Below, in pieces: positions 12,861-25,043 of a DNA stretch of 64,000 nt. This DNA is from Octopus vulgaris (taxonomy: Eukaryota), in NCBI GenBank assembly GCA_951406725.2, contig OX597821.1, positions 115,630,001 to 115,694,000 of the forward strand, written 5' to 3'. Positions within the stretch are counted from its first letter, which is position 1. Every line of letters begins with the position of its first letter. Below the pieces are notes generated by a model. That model was not told the origin of the DNA and did no database searches. It worked only from the letters and a program-made list of their open reading frames with translations. A program made the translations under genes and the position numbers.

Positions 12861-15800
12861 AATTCTGTGATATTTGTGTAATAATGAAATCAAACCTGGA
12901 GTGTGTGTATATATTACAGAGACAGTGTGTGTTTATAGAGAGACTGTGTATGTGTGTGTGAGAAAAAGAGAGGGGGAGAGGAGGAGATAACATTGCAAAC
13001 AATGAATAGAATAAACATGAAATAAAAAATTCAATATAAATAAAAGCTCATTAAAAACTATCTTGTACCAAATATTTAAATTTGTGAATATGAAATATTC
13101 CTTATCGTCGTCGTTTAACATCTGCTTTCCATGCTGGCATGGGTTGGACAGTTTGACTGGGGGCTGGCAAGCCAGATGGCTGTACCAGGCTCTAATCCAA
13201 TCTGGCAAAGTTTCTACAGCTGGATGCCCTTCCTAATGCCAACCACTCCAAGAGTGTAGTGGGTGCTTTTTACGTGCTGGTGACACAAGGGCCAGTCAGG
13301 AGGCACTGGCAATGACCACACACTCGAATGGTGCTTTTTACGTGCCACTGGCATGGGTGCCAATCAGGCAGTACTGTCATCAGTCATGACAATGATTTCA
13401 CTTGCCTCAACGGATCTTCGCAAGCACAGTTTATTACCCAATGATTGAAGGGTGCTCTTAAATGGGCCGGTTATGCTGCACTGCCATAGGCCAGTTATGG
13501 TCTCACTTAACTTGCCAGGTCTTCTCAAGCACAGCATATCTCCAAAGATCTCGGTCACTTGCCATCACCTCAGTGAGCCCCAACGTTCGAAGGTCATGCT
13601 TCAACACCTTATCCCAGGTCTTCCTCTTCCACAGGTTCCTTCTACTGCTAGTGTGTAACACTTTTTCATACAGCTGTCCTCCTCCATACGCAACACATGA
13701 CCATATCAGTGCAGTTGTCTCTCTTGCACATCACATTTGATGCTTCTTATGTCCAACTTTCCACTCAGGGGGCTTACACTGTCGTGTATGCACACTGACA
13801 TTACACATACAACGCTTGCTTAGTAAATATTTCTTTCAGTAATTTATCATAGTTGTAATATATCTCTAATTTAAACAAACTTCAAAGTAATCCAACTACG
13901 TTTAGTGTGCGAGAAATAGCAGTAATCACATAATTATTATTGCAAGGCTTATAGCTTTCCAAACAGCCGTACCAATAAAATCGCTTAATTTCTTTTTAAA
14001 AATCATACCAGTATATTAAAAAGTTTTCATTTTATCAAAACCATTCATTTAACAAACTCCAGAAACTGATATTAATCTTAAAATTGTGCCTCATCAGAAG
14101 CCTCAAAGTTATACAGCTATTTTGTCTAATAACATTCATTCAGTCAATAAATAATTTTTTTGCATCATCATCATCGTCGTTTAACGCCTGCTTTCCATGC
14201 TAGCATGGGTTGGACGGTTTGACTGTGGGCTGGCGAACCAGATGGCTGCACCAGGCTCCAATCTTGATTTGGCAGAGTTTCTACAGCTGGATGCCCTTCC
14301 TAACGCCAACCACTCCGAGAGTGTAGTGGATGCTTTTTACGTGCCACCGGAACAGGGCCAGTCAGGCGGTACTGGCAATGACCTCGCTCAAATGTTTTTA
14401 CACAAGCCACCAGCACAGGTGCCAGTAAGGTGATGCTGGTAACGATCATGCTCAAATGGTGTCCTTTTACGTGCCACTGGCATGGAAGCCAGTTGTTTTG
14501 AGCTTCACAATGATTACATAATACCACATTCGATGACTGGCATCCGTGCTAGCGGGGTGCAAAGAGCACCATACAAGCGTGATCGTTGACAGAGCGGCTT
14601 CCCGGCTTCCATGCCAGTGGCACATAAAAGGGCACCATTCGAGTGTGATCATTAACAGCATCGCCTTACTGGCACTTGCGCCCGTGCCAGTATGGTGCCA
14701 AGAGCACCATCCGAGTGTGATCGTTGCCAGAGCAGCCAACTGGCTCCGTGCCGGTGACACGCAAAAGGGCACCATTCAATCAAGAATGGAGCCTGGTGCA
14801 GCCATCTGGTTCACCAGCCCTCAGTCAAAATCGTCCAACCCATGCTAGTATGGAAAGCAGACGTTAAACGATGATGATGATGATGTCCAAGCAAGTAGAT
14901 TATTGTATGTTCTAACAACTGCAATACATGATTATTTCTAATAACAAGCTTTTCCAGTAGTCTGTGGAGGGAACCTGTGGAAGAGGTAGAGCCAGGAACA
15001 AATGGGAGAAGGTGGTGAAGCATAATCTTTGGATGTTGAATTGCATGGAGGCAATGACAAGTGACTAAGACCTTTGGCAATTTGCAGTGCTTGAGAAGAC
15101 ACGTCAAGCCAAGTGAAATCAGAATCGTGGCTAGTGACATGTAAAAAGAACCCACTATACTCTTGGAGTGCTTGGTGTCTGGAAGGGCATCCAACTGTAG
15201 AATGTAAGCTGAACCAGACTGGAACCTGGTACGGCTCTCTGGCTTACCAGCTCCAGTCAAACCATCTAACCCATGCCAGCATGGAAAACAGACGCTAAAT
15301 CATGATGATGAAGATAATCTGGGGTTCATAATCATACAAGACAGCCAAATATTAAAACCATCACACCTGTGACAATATACTTCAATTTCTTGAGAAAAAA
15401 AATTAATTTATAGTCAGCTACGACCTGTGTCAATAAACTCTTGCTGTTTATAGAGGCCAATGTTAACTTCATACAATATGCACAAATAACTTGTCAAACC
15501 ATGCTCAGTCATATTATAACCATCAATGAAAATTTGTTCAAAAGGTAAAGAGAGAGCAAATTAAATCAGAAATTTAATCAATCATCATCATCATCGTTTA
15601 GCGTCCGTTTTCCATGCTAGCATGGGTTGGACGGTTCTACTGGGGTCTGTGAAGCCAGAAGGCTTCATCAGGCCCAGTCAAATCTGGCAGTGTTTCTACG
15701 GCTGGATGCCCTTCCTAACGCCAACCACTCCGTGAGCGTAGTGGGTGCTTTTACGTGCCACCCGCACAGGTGCCAGACAGAGCTGGCAAACGGCCACGAA

Positions 15801-15974
15801 CGGATGGTGCTTTTTATGTGCCACTGGCACGAGGGCCAGGCGAGACTGGCAATGGACACGAACGGATGGTGCTTTTTACGTGCCAACGGCATGAGGCCAA
15901 TGTTAATATTAAACTGAAGAACATTTGTTTGGACTCTGAACAATATACAACCCTAAGTAGTAGATTGCACTTAC

Positions 15975-16570
15975 CTTGTACATGGCCTAGAATCATCAGA
16001 AGTCTGATTATCATCATTAAGTGCAGCAGCAGCGGCTTTAGCTTGCCGTTGCATCTGCCTGGTTCTGGTGCGGGGCCTTTCAGGACTTGAAGCTTGTGGA
16101 ACTTCCTCTGAAGATGAAGATTTTTCAGCCGGAATTGATACTTCAGAGTTACTGCTGGAGCTTTTAGTATCACTTGGTAATCCAGAATCAGAGTTTGCCG
16201 GTTCAGTATTTTGAATTGGAACAGTATCCTGACTATTTTGAGATTCATCAATCTTTGGGATGACTTCAGAATTTTCAGATTCATCAGTCTTGGCAATATC
16301 CTGACAATTTTGAGAATCATCGGTCTTTGGGATATCTTCACCATTTTTAGATTCATCAGTCTTTGAAGTAACCTCACAAATTTGTGCATCATCAATGTTT
16401 GGGATATCTGATGAGGGATTTTCACTTTCTATTACATAGCTGCTATTGTCAACCCTGTGTTCCCTATTCAATGGAGAAACTTGCTTTTCACACTCAACCT
16501 TTGAAGCCACGCTATTGTTTGGAGATACTTCAGCTGCATTGGTGATAGGATTGTTCTCAGTTTTTGAGCC
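15975..16570 (-). CDS. INCENP: INCENP coding exon 4 (large acidic disordered exon with internal 12-aa repeats)
   Basis: 596 nt open, in frame with ORF 15971..16510; tctag acceptor, AG|gtaagt donor; ERPRTRTR and RPCTR motifs. Confidence 0.85.
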
Positions 16571-17503
16571 CTAGACAGATAAATTTAAGGTTAAATTTAA
16601 ACAAAAACATAAAATTAAATATGAGTAAGAGCTCAACAATCAATCATTTACTAAGTGGTTCATTCATGCTATCAATTATCATTGTAGTGTGCCTCCCAAG
16701 CAAAACACAGCTCGTTTTGCCCTAGTTTGCTTGACTGAGAAACTTGTTAAAATTAGGAAGAGAATCATGTCATTAGAACATTTGTTGCAACGACACCCAA
16801 CAAGGGAATCGTTATTTGGTTGCTCAATCTCTTAAACTAGAAGCATATCACACCCTAACACCTTAAAAAATTGGATAATATAGTCCTGTGTAACAGAAAG
16901 ATGTAGAAAAGAAAAAAATTCAAGTGGGATGCTTCTTAGCATCAAACATCGATTTTTCTCCAGTTTCACTTTAATCAAATTTGTCTAAGCACAGGCAGAT
17001 TTTATACACCCAATGACTGTTCCTTTTCTTCCTTGTATTTTTAAAAAGAAATATTTACTGGTTATGTGACTCAATCACATATAGAAAAAATTGTGCCTAG
17101 TTTTACAAATACTAATGATTTCTAACATAAATACAAAATTACAAATTTGGGGGGAAAAGTGCAGTTGATTAAATTAAACCCAGCATTAGATCAGTAGTTC
17201 TATGCTACTGATGTTGTGGTAGTGAACACCATTACCTGCTCCTTGACTGCCTTTAGTCTCTAAAGGCACCTGGGTGCAATGGTTTGAAGTTGCCTATCAA
17301 AACAATACTACACAAATGTAACATACTTAAGAATGGAAGTTAGCACAAACACTGTATTGTCTTGCAGTTTCATCGTTTCGTTTAACATCAGCTTTCCATG
17401 CTGGCATGGGTTGGACGATTTTGAATGAGGGCTGGCGAACCAGACAGCGGCACCAGGCTCCAACCTTGATGCCCTTCCTAACACCAACCACTCCGAGAGT
17501 GTA

Positions 17504-17568
<65 letters not shown>

Positions 17569-19482
17569 GATATATATATATACACATACACACACACATA
17601 TATGTGTGTGTGTAATTATCCAAAAGTCAACTAAAGACCCGAGAGTGAAATTAGGAGGATGTAAACTGTGAAAGCCTGTCAAATGGATTGAACCTGTAAT
17701 TTAATAAGTCTAGCCGTGTCACACTAATTCCAACTAAGAAATATGTTAAGAGTACAGATATTTGTGGAATGTTCACTTAGTTGTTGCTTCAATGAGCAGA
17801 TAGTTCAATTGACTAAACAACTGAAAGTTATTAGTGAAACCAATAGTGACCGAGACTTTTGGAAATATGCCGTGCGTGAGAAGACCCGGCAAGCCAAATG
17901 AGACCATAATCTCGTGGCCTATGCCAGGGGCATTACCAGCCCACTTATGCGTACCTTTTCCTTCTTTGGACACTAAAACTCTGCTTGCGAAGACCTGTTG
18001 AGGCAAGTGAAATCAAAAATCAAAATCAAATTCAATGACTGGCGTCTGTGCTAGCGGGGTGCAAAGAGCACCATATGAATGTGATCATTGACAGAGTGGC
18101 TAACCGGCTTCTGTGCCAGTGGCACTTAAAAGGCATCATTCGAGCGTGATCGTTACCAGCGTCGCATTACTGGCACTTGAGCCCCGTGCTAGTAGAGTAT
18201 TAAGAGCACCCTCCAAGTGTAATCGTTGCCAGAACAGCTATCTGGCCTCTGTACTAGTGGCATGTAAATGACACCATTCGAGTGTGATCGTTAGAAGCAT
18301 TGCCTTACTGGCATCCGTGCCGGTGGCATGTGTAAAAGTTTCGAGCAAGGTCATTGCCAGTGCCACCTGACTGGCCTTGTGCCGGTGGCACGTAAAAGCA
18401 CCCACAACACCCTTGGAGTGGTTGGCGTTAGGAAGGGCATCCAGCTGTAGAAACTCTGCCAGATCAAGATTGAAGCCTGGTGCAGCCATCTGGTTCGCCA
18501 GCCCTCAGTCATACGTCCAACTCATGCTAGCATGGAAAGCGGACGTTAAACGATGATGATAATATCTCTATATTTAGAGGTCAACTAATGACAGGATTAC
18601 TTTTTGTTCCTTTCATATACAGTAGCGGCCATAATATAAGGGTCAGTAAGAACAAGTGTACTGAAATATTTATTATTAAAGATTAACAAAACGTTGAGGC
18701 TAGATATTTTACCCATATTTAGATATATGTAATATTTATCTTTTGTGAAAATTTCAAGTGAATGGAATAAATATTTCATAAAAGAAACCCCTACTATTAC
18801 TATTTTGTGACCATCCCTTTAGTATCAATGACCTCCTCCTGACATCAGTTACCACTACAAAGTTCAAATGATATGATTTATAAGAAACTCACAGATGAAC
18901 TTTGTGTAAAAGCATTAAAATATCAAGTCAGGTGATCTGAAACTTAATGTATTATGCACCGATTTCATTTAACAGTTTGAAATAATTTCTAAATTTCAGA
19001 TGAATGAAACTTAAAAACAGTAAGAATGATCTTGATAACATTATGTCACATGGTAAGAAAAAAAACAAAACAAGTATAAATTCGATTAAAATTTCACTAA
19101 TTGTGGATATAATCAAGCATTTGGCAGAACTTCTATTAAGTGTGTGTGAACTAGTATCCTTTTAAGGCATTTGACATTGTAGCAGATAATTAATGGCACT
19201 AAAGTACGTTTTAAGTGACAAGTAATATAAAATTTAAAAAAAAACCAAAAAAAAAACCCATTTTTCATGGTCCAGCAACCATCACCATTAACCAAATCCT
19301 TAGTGATACCACTACTGCACTTTATGTTTCCTCATCGTTTCCATCAAGCATTCTAACCTCACGCTCTCCACCTCTGTCTTCTACAAGCCCACCCTTCACT
19401 CGACTTCTTGAACCCCATCCACACCATGTGCTCTTTCCATTAACTCCCAATTAAAAAGAAATCATTAAATTGAAATACATAC

Positions 19483-19786
19483 ATTTGAGTCAGTCAAAGG
19501 CTTCTGAGGAGAGAGTGGTTCTTTGGCAGGTGAAACAGAATCTTCAATATTTGAGGTTGACACTTGGCCATTTTGGGGAGATGTTAAATTAGAACATTTC
19601 CTTTTAGATTTTCCTCTTGCAGGTTGTTTTCTTGCCTTTGAGATTTGCACGGTTCTTTGTCTGGTAGAGCGTGTTGAATACCTACTGCTAGTATTACCAT
19701 CTGATTCTTCTTCAGGTGGGATATTTTCATCATTACAAGATGAATTATCAGTTTCAGAAAAGTGAAGAGTCTTCCCAACACAAATG
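19483..19786 (-). CDS. INCENP: INCENP coding exon 3 (S/T/R-rich disordered region)
   Basis: Within ORF 19465..19806; tatag acceptor, AAT|gtatgt donor; phases 2/0 fit neighbours; SP/TP motifs. Confidence 0.85.
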
Positions 19787-19973
19787 CTATAAGAGAAAGA
19801 AAACAAGAAGGATTTAATTCATTCAACCACAACAACAGCAACAACAAATGCTTGAAATTTTTCATCTTATTATATTACATTTTCTAACAGCAAAGAAACT
19901 CAAAGTTTGTTGGATCTTTTCGCTTTGACCGAGAGATTTTTAAAATAATTTCTTTGTAACTAAACATTTTTAA

Positions 19974-21137
19974 CCCTTTCGTTACCAAACCGCCCAAAGC
20001 CGCCCGAAAAAAATGTTGGTTAATGTGACCAAACCGCCCGAAAAAAATGTTGGTTAATGTGACCAAACCGCCCAAATTTACCTGTTCATATTTAAATGAG
20101 AATATCAGAGCAAATCTCTTTAGTACATTCGTGAAAACACGTGATTATACTTCGTAAACAGTTCATCTACAGTTTTGTACAACGATCAATGTGTAATTTT
20201 AATTCCCTGAATTTTGGGAGATTTTTTTCCACATTTTTTTCGGCATCGATTTTTCTTCAACTTTGAAAATGGATTGGAGTTTCATGTTATCAAGCATTGA
20301 TTCTGAATTGGAAAATTTGTGAAGCAAATACTGGGTACTGTTGTGGATTTAGTTTTTATACAGGGAAACTAATGTTAGTCAGCATGGCTTAGGGTATGAT
20401 GTGGTCTGGAAGTTATTGTTTGAAGCGATCAATGCGGAAACAAACTTACGCAGAATGCAAACAAACACAAAATGGGGGTTCAAATTTCGGAAAATTTGTG
20501 AAGCAAATACTGGGTACTGCGTGGATTTAGTTTTTATACAGGGAAAATAATGTTAGTCAGCATGGCCTAGGGAACGATGTGGTCTGGAATTTATCACTTC
20601 CATACCATAACCAGGGCCGTATATTATTTTTTGACCAATTTCTTTAGTTCGGTCAAACTTGCAGTGGATTCCAGTATTTCACTTTATTCCACCTTTATGG
20701 TACACCTGTTGTGCATTAAATTCAACTGATGATCTAGTGATGTGCACAATTCTTCTTTATCAAAATTTTGTTGCGTACCCATTTGAATATTAGCTGATGA
20801 TTCATTTTCTATGGTGATGTTTAAACAAAATTTTAATATTTTTACCTTTTGCTCAATTTAAAATTTTAATATTTTTACCTTTTGCTCAATTTAAAATTTT
20901 AATATTTTTACCTTTTGCTCAATTTACCTGTAATTAAAGTCACTTTGAGACAAAAGTTATGCAATAGAATTGATTAAGAACCCTTTCTTTAATTATGTTC
21001 CAAATATCACGTTAAGATGTTGATAAGTAAAAAAGTTACAGTTATTTAATGAAACAAGCCTAGATTCATGATTATTTTAGAATTTAATTGAAACTCATGA
21101 GGGGTGTATTTTGGTCAGAAATATAGTAACGAAAGGG
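19974..21137. mobile_element. Non-autonomous piggyBac-like element nested in an older repeat
   Basis: TTAA|CCCTTTCGTTAC ... GTAACGAAAGGG|TTAA; internal ~34-bp and ~33-bp tandem repeats and a ~110-bp direct repeat. Confidence 0.85.
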
Positions 21138-21498
21138 TTAAACTTCGTATACTGGTAGAATGTGTTTACAAAACATCTTTTTCTCTTGGCTTTCTTGAGA
21201 AAATTCTGTAGTTTGTAAGCTACTTGTTCTTTAATTTCTTGCATTTCAGCAATTTCAACCAATCAATGACGTCTATTGAGGTGAATTCAATATCTCCGAA
21301 TCGTTGTCAACAACAATAATTTGCGGTGTCATATGAAAAGATCCAGTTTATTATATAATTTGTATTACTTAACATTTCCATCCTTTAATTAATATACAAA
21401 ATATTAAAATTGACATTTTTTTATAATTACTAAAGTTAAATGTTAATTTTCAACAGTTCGTTTCCAATTCATTTCTACATAACAATAGCACAGCTCAC

Positions 21499-21594
21499 CT
21501 GGATCTCCTTATAAATGAAGGAAGCTCACTCTGTCTTCTCTGGGGACGGCGCTGTCTAGCTGATGGTGTTTTGGGCAATACCTGGATCTGAGAA
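21499..21594 (-). CDS. INCENP: INCENP coding exon 2
   Basis: ttccag|...AG|gtgag; encodes SSQIQVLPKTPSARQRRPQRRQ, matching the vertebrate LMPKTPSQKNRRKKRR motif; in frame with exon 1. Confidence 0.88.
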
Positions 21595-22148
21595 CTGGAA
21601 GGATAAATAAATTCTAAGAACTGATGTAAATGCATTTTTTTTCACTTTAATAATAAACACTTGTATTTAATAGCAAAAGAAAACAAAGGTTTACGGAAAA
21701 GGATATCAGCAGGAAAACCATGGCGCCAAGAGTCCGGTCCAAATGTTATCAACTGTGAATCTTGCTAAAGGGAATCAAGGACCATTTACTGGTGTTAGAT
21801 CTACTGTTTACAAAAAAAGTTGGAACATGTGATTTACTCTTTATACTCTCTTCACTCATAAGTACTATCTACAGCTGTGACAACAACAAGGTTTGTGACT
21901 GATTTCACTGAAACGGGTATGATTACCTGTAGGCAAGACAAGAGAGGTAATGAAGACTAGTGATGTGAAGTCACAAAACTAAAATAGTCAGATATTTTTA
22001 ATCACTCAGACATAGAAGGTAGTCAGTGATTTCTTTTTTTTGTCAGGTTCTCCAAGATTGGAGGGAAGATAGGAAGTTATCTTCAAACTGGAGACCTGAA
22101 TCGAATGTTTGCAGAGTAAATATTGCCCAAGACTGGTAGTGATATTAA

Positions 22149-22372
22149 CCCTTTCGATACCAACCCACCTGAAACTGCCTCTAACTCTGTAAGTACAAAT
22201 GCCTTGTTTTCAAAAGTTCTGAATAAAATCTTCCACCAAACTTTAGTCACAATTTATGTTCTTAACACTAGCTGAATGACAACTAAGTTATTTTACTAAA
22301 TTCTTTTTGTTATACTTAAAATTAATTGAAAGAAACACAGAACATCTCAACAGAAATATGGTAACAAAAGGG
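22149..22372. mobile_element. piggyBac-like MITE
   Basis: TTAA|CCCTTTCGATACC ... GGTAACAAAAGGG|TTAA. Confidence 0.8.
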
Positions 22373-22497
22373 TTAAACTGGATGACAGCTTTAAGTCTAC
22401 TTCCAAAAAACTAAAATTAATACAAAGTATTTTGTCAGAAGCTCTAACATTTTTGGCAAACCGCTGACTTGAATTGAACAATATTTTATTATGAGCC

Positions 22498-22721
22498 TAT
22501 TCTATTGTGTCTGGGGAGAGTAATTTTCTTTTTGTGCCTTATAATATTACACACTCACCGGTAAAATTTCCACTTTTTTCTTTTTTTTTATTTTCCTTAA
22601 AATTTTGTTGCGTCTTGCAACCTTTTCAATACTTTTGACTCTCAAGTGGAAATTTTACCGGAGAGTGTGTTATATTATAAGGCACAAAAAGAAAATGACT
22701 CTCCCCAGACACAATAGAATA
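22498..22721. repeat. ~80-bp near-perfect inverted repeat (hairpin element)
   Basis: tattctattgtgtctggggagag...ccggtaaaatttccactt / aagtggaaattttaccgg...ctctccccagacacaatagaata. Confidence 0.85.
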
Positions 22722-24639
22722 TGCTTCAACACACAAACTCATATAAAGAATCTTGCAAACCAAATCCCCAAAAAAAATTATTATGAGCCATAAACATTAT
22801 ATATGAAATGGGACCTCATACAGAACAACAACACTGGTTGGAAAGTAAATCCAATAGTCTCTGCATGTTTTTAGAAGATTAAAAAGTACGACTCATTTCC
22901 TTTTGGCATCCACTATCTCTACCATCGCAAAACTAAAGTCATTTACAATTGCAGTATGGTAGAATAGCTATTCTTTACATCAGTGTCTCCCAAATTGAGT
23001 TTCGGAAGACTCCAGAGTTCTACAAAAAGATTCTATGGTTCCAATAAATATGGGATCTTTCAAAAGGATTTAAAAGTTCATTTTTGTTCAGAATTAAATT
23101 CTCTATAAAATAACGTTTGCTTCATTTGATACTGTTGAGACTTTAGTTGTCTCAATTGCTGTTATTTGCCTGCAGTGCGACTGCGCAAAGTTCTGTTCTA
23201 TTTGCAGCACAACGTGTTCAGTGTTGGTTTTTAGTTAGTTTTTAGCTAGTTTCGATGACTGGCGTCCATACTAGCAGGGTGCAAAGAGCACCATACGAGT
23301 GTGATCATTGACAGAGTGGCTAACCGGCTTCTGTGCCAGTGGCACTTAAAAGGCACCATTCGAGCGTGATCGTTACCAGTCGCCTTACTGGCACTCGAGC
23401 CCCGTGCTAGTAGGGTATTAAGAGCACCATCCGAGCGTGTATATATATATACACACACCCACTACACTCTCGGAGTGGTTGGCATTAGGAAGGGCATCCA
23501 GCTGTAGAAACTCTGCCAAATCAAGATTGGAGCCTGGTGCAGCCCTCAAAATCGTCCAACCCATGCTAGCATGGAAAGCAGATGTTAAACGATGATGATG
23601 ATGATAATTTCTCTTGTTCACTTTTTCACACATTCAACCTATAAACTTATTTGATATAGCACTGCCTCACCTACTACAACCAGTCTCATCACTCCCTGGT
23701 TCACTGTCCCTTCAACTTCCAACCTGACATGAATCCCTTTCTTTTTCCACCACTTCAATTACTTCTTTCTCTAATACCAGCTTCTCACAATTATGGATCT
23801 GTCCCTCTCATCACCCCATTGCACACATTCTCTCTCTCTCTTATTCTCCTGCATTTATTGAGGCTATTTTAGAGTCCTTAATCTTGCAAACTGCAAAGCA
23901 TTACTGCTGGTATGATGAAAAAGCACTCAATACACTCTGTAAAGTGACTGGTGTTAGAAAGGGCATCCAGCCATAGAAACCATCCCAAAGATACTGGGGC
24001 ATGCAGTCTAACTCATCAGATTCTGCTGAATTGCCCAACCTATGCCAGCATGGTATATAGACATAAGGCGGCGAGTGGGCAGAAACGTTAGCACGCTGGG
24101 CGAAATGCTTAGCAGTATTTCGTCTGCTGCTACGTTCTGAGTTCAAATTCCGCCAAGGTCGACTTTGCCTTTCATTCTTTCGGGGTCGATATAATCGACT
24201 TAATCCGTTTGTCTGTCCCTTCTGTGTTTAACCCCTCGTGGGTAGTAAAGAAATAGGTATATAGACATTAAGTGATGATGATTATAACAAAGGGGAAAAA
24301 AAAAAAAAAAAAAAAAAAAAAAGAAGTCTTTTTCAAATCACAACGAGATAGCTGGAGCTTATTTCTGGTTTTCTGTAATACTGGACATGTGAAAGCTAAA
24401 TCTTCCCCTTAATAGTTTACTTCAGGTACCGTGTAGGAGAAATTTACATCTGTATTGCAAGTTAATGAAATCAATTTCATAGTGTTGGTGCATTCTACAA
24501 GATACTATCGACTTCTTGGCAGGTTGTAAAACATTATTGACCCCATGGTCTATGTACTTACTACTTGTACTTGTGGCGACATTCACCTTGGGTGGGTTCA
24601 GTCGGCTTCTTCCTTGGAAGAAGTTTCGTGGGAATATAC

Positions 24640-25043
24640 TCTTTTACTCTTTTACTTGTTTCAGTCATTTGACTGCGGCCATGCTGCACACCGCCTTTAG
24701 TCGAGCAAATCGACCCCGAGACTTATTTTTTGTAAGCCCAGTACTTATTATATCGGTCTCTTTTGCCAAACCGCTATGTGACGGGGACGTAAACACATAC
24801 CAGCATCGGTTGTCAAGCAATGCTAGGGGACAAACACAGACACATAAACACACATACATTTATATATATATATATATACGACAGGCTTCTTTCAGTTTCC
24901 GTCTACCAAATCCACTCACAAGGCATTGGTCGGCCCGGGGCTATAGCAGAAGACACTTGCCCAAGATGCCACGCAGTGGGATTGAACCCAGAACCATGTG
25001 GTTGGTTAGCAAGCTACTTACCACACAGCCACTCCTGCGCCTG
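24640..25043 (-). mobile_element. tRNA-derived CORE-type SINE family B; other copies ~7666-8022(-), 31525-32225(-), 51830-52220(-), 52804-53190, 58147-58530, 62584-62750
   Basis: ggcgcaggagtggctgtgtggt head, ggttcagtccc B box, cttgggcaagtg core, internal (TA)/(TG) microsatellite, gactgaaacaagtaaaagag tail. Confidence 0.85.

Noticed and set aside
15814-16425. 203-aa overlapping ORF
   Set aside because: Alternative frame of INCENP exon 4, kept open by the repeat and running into an RTE remnant; splice phases support the other frame
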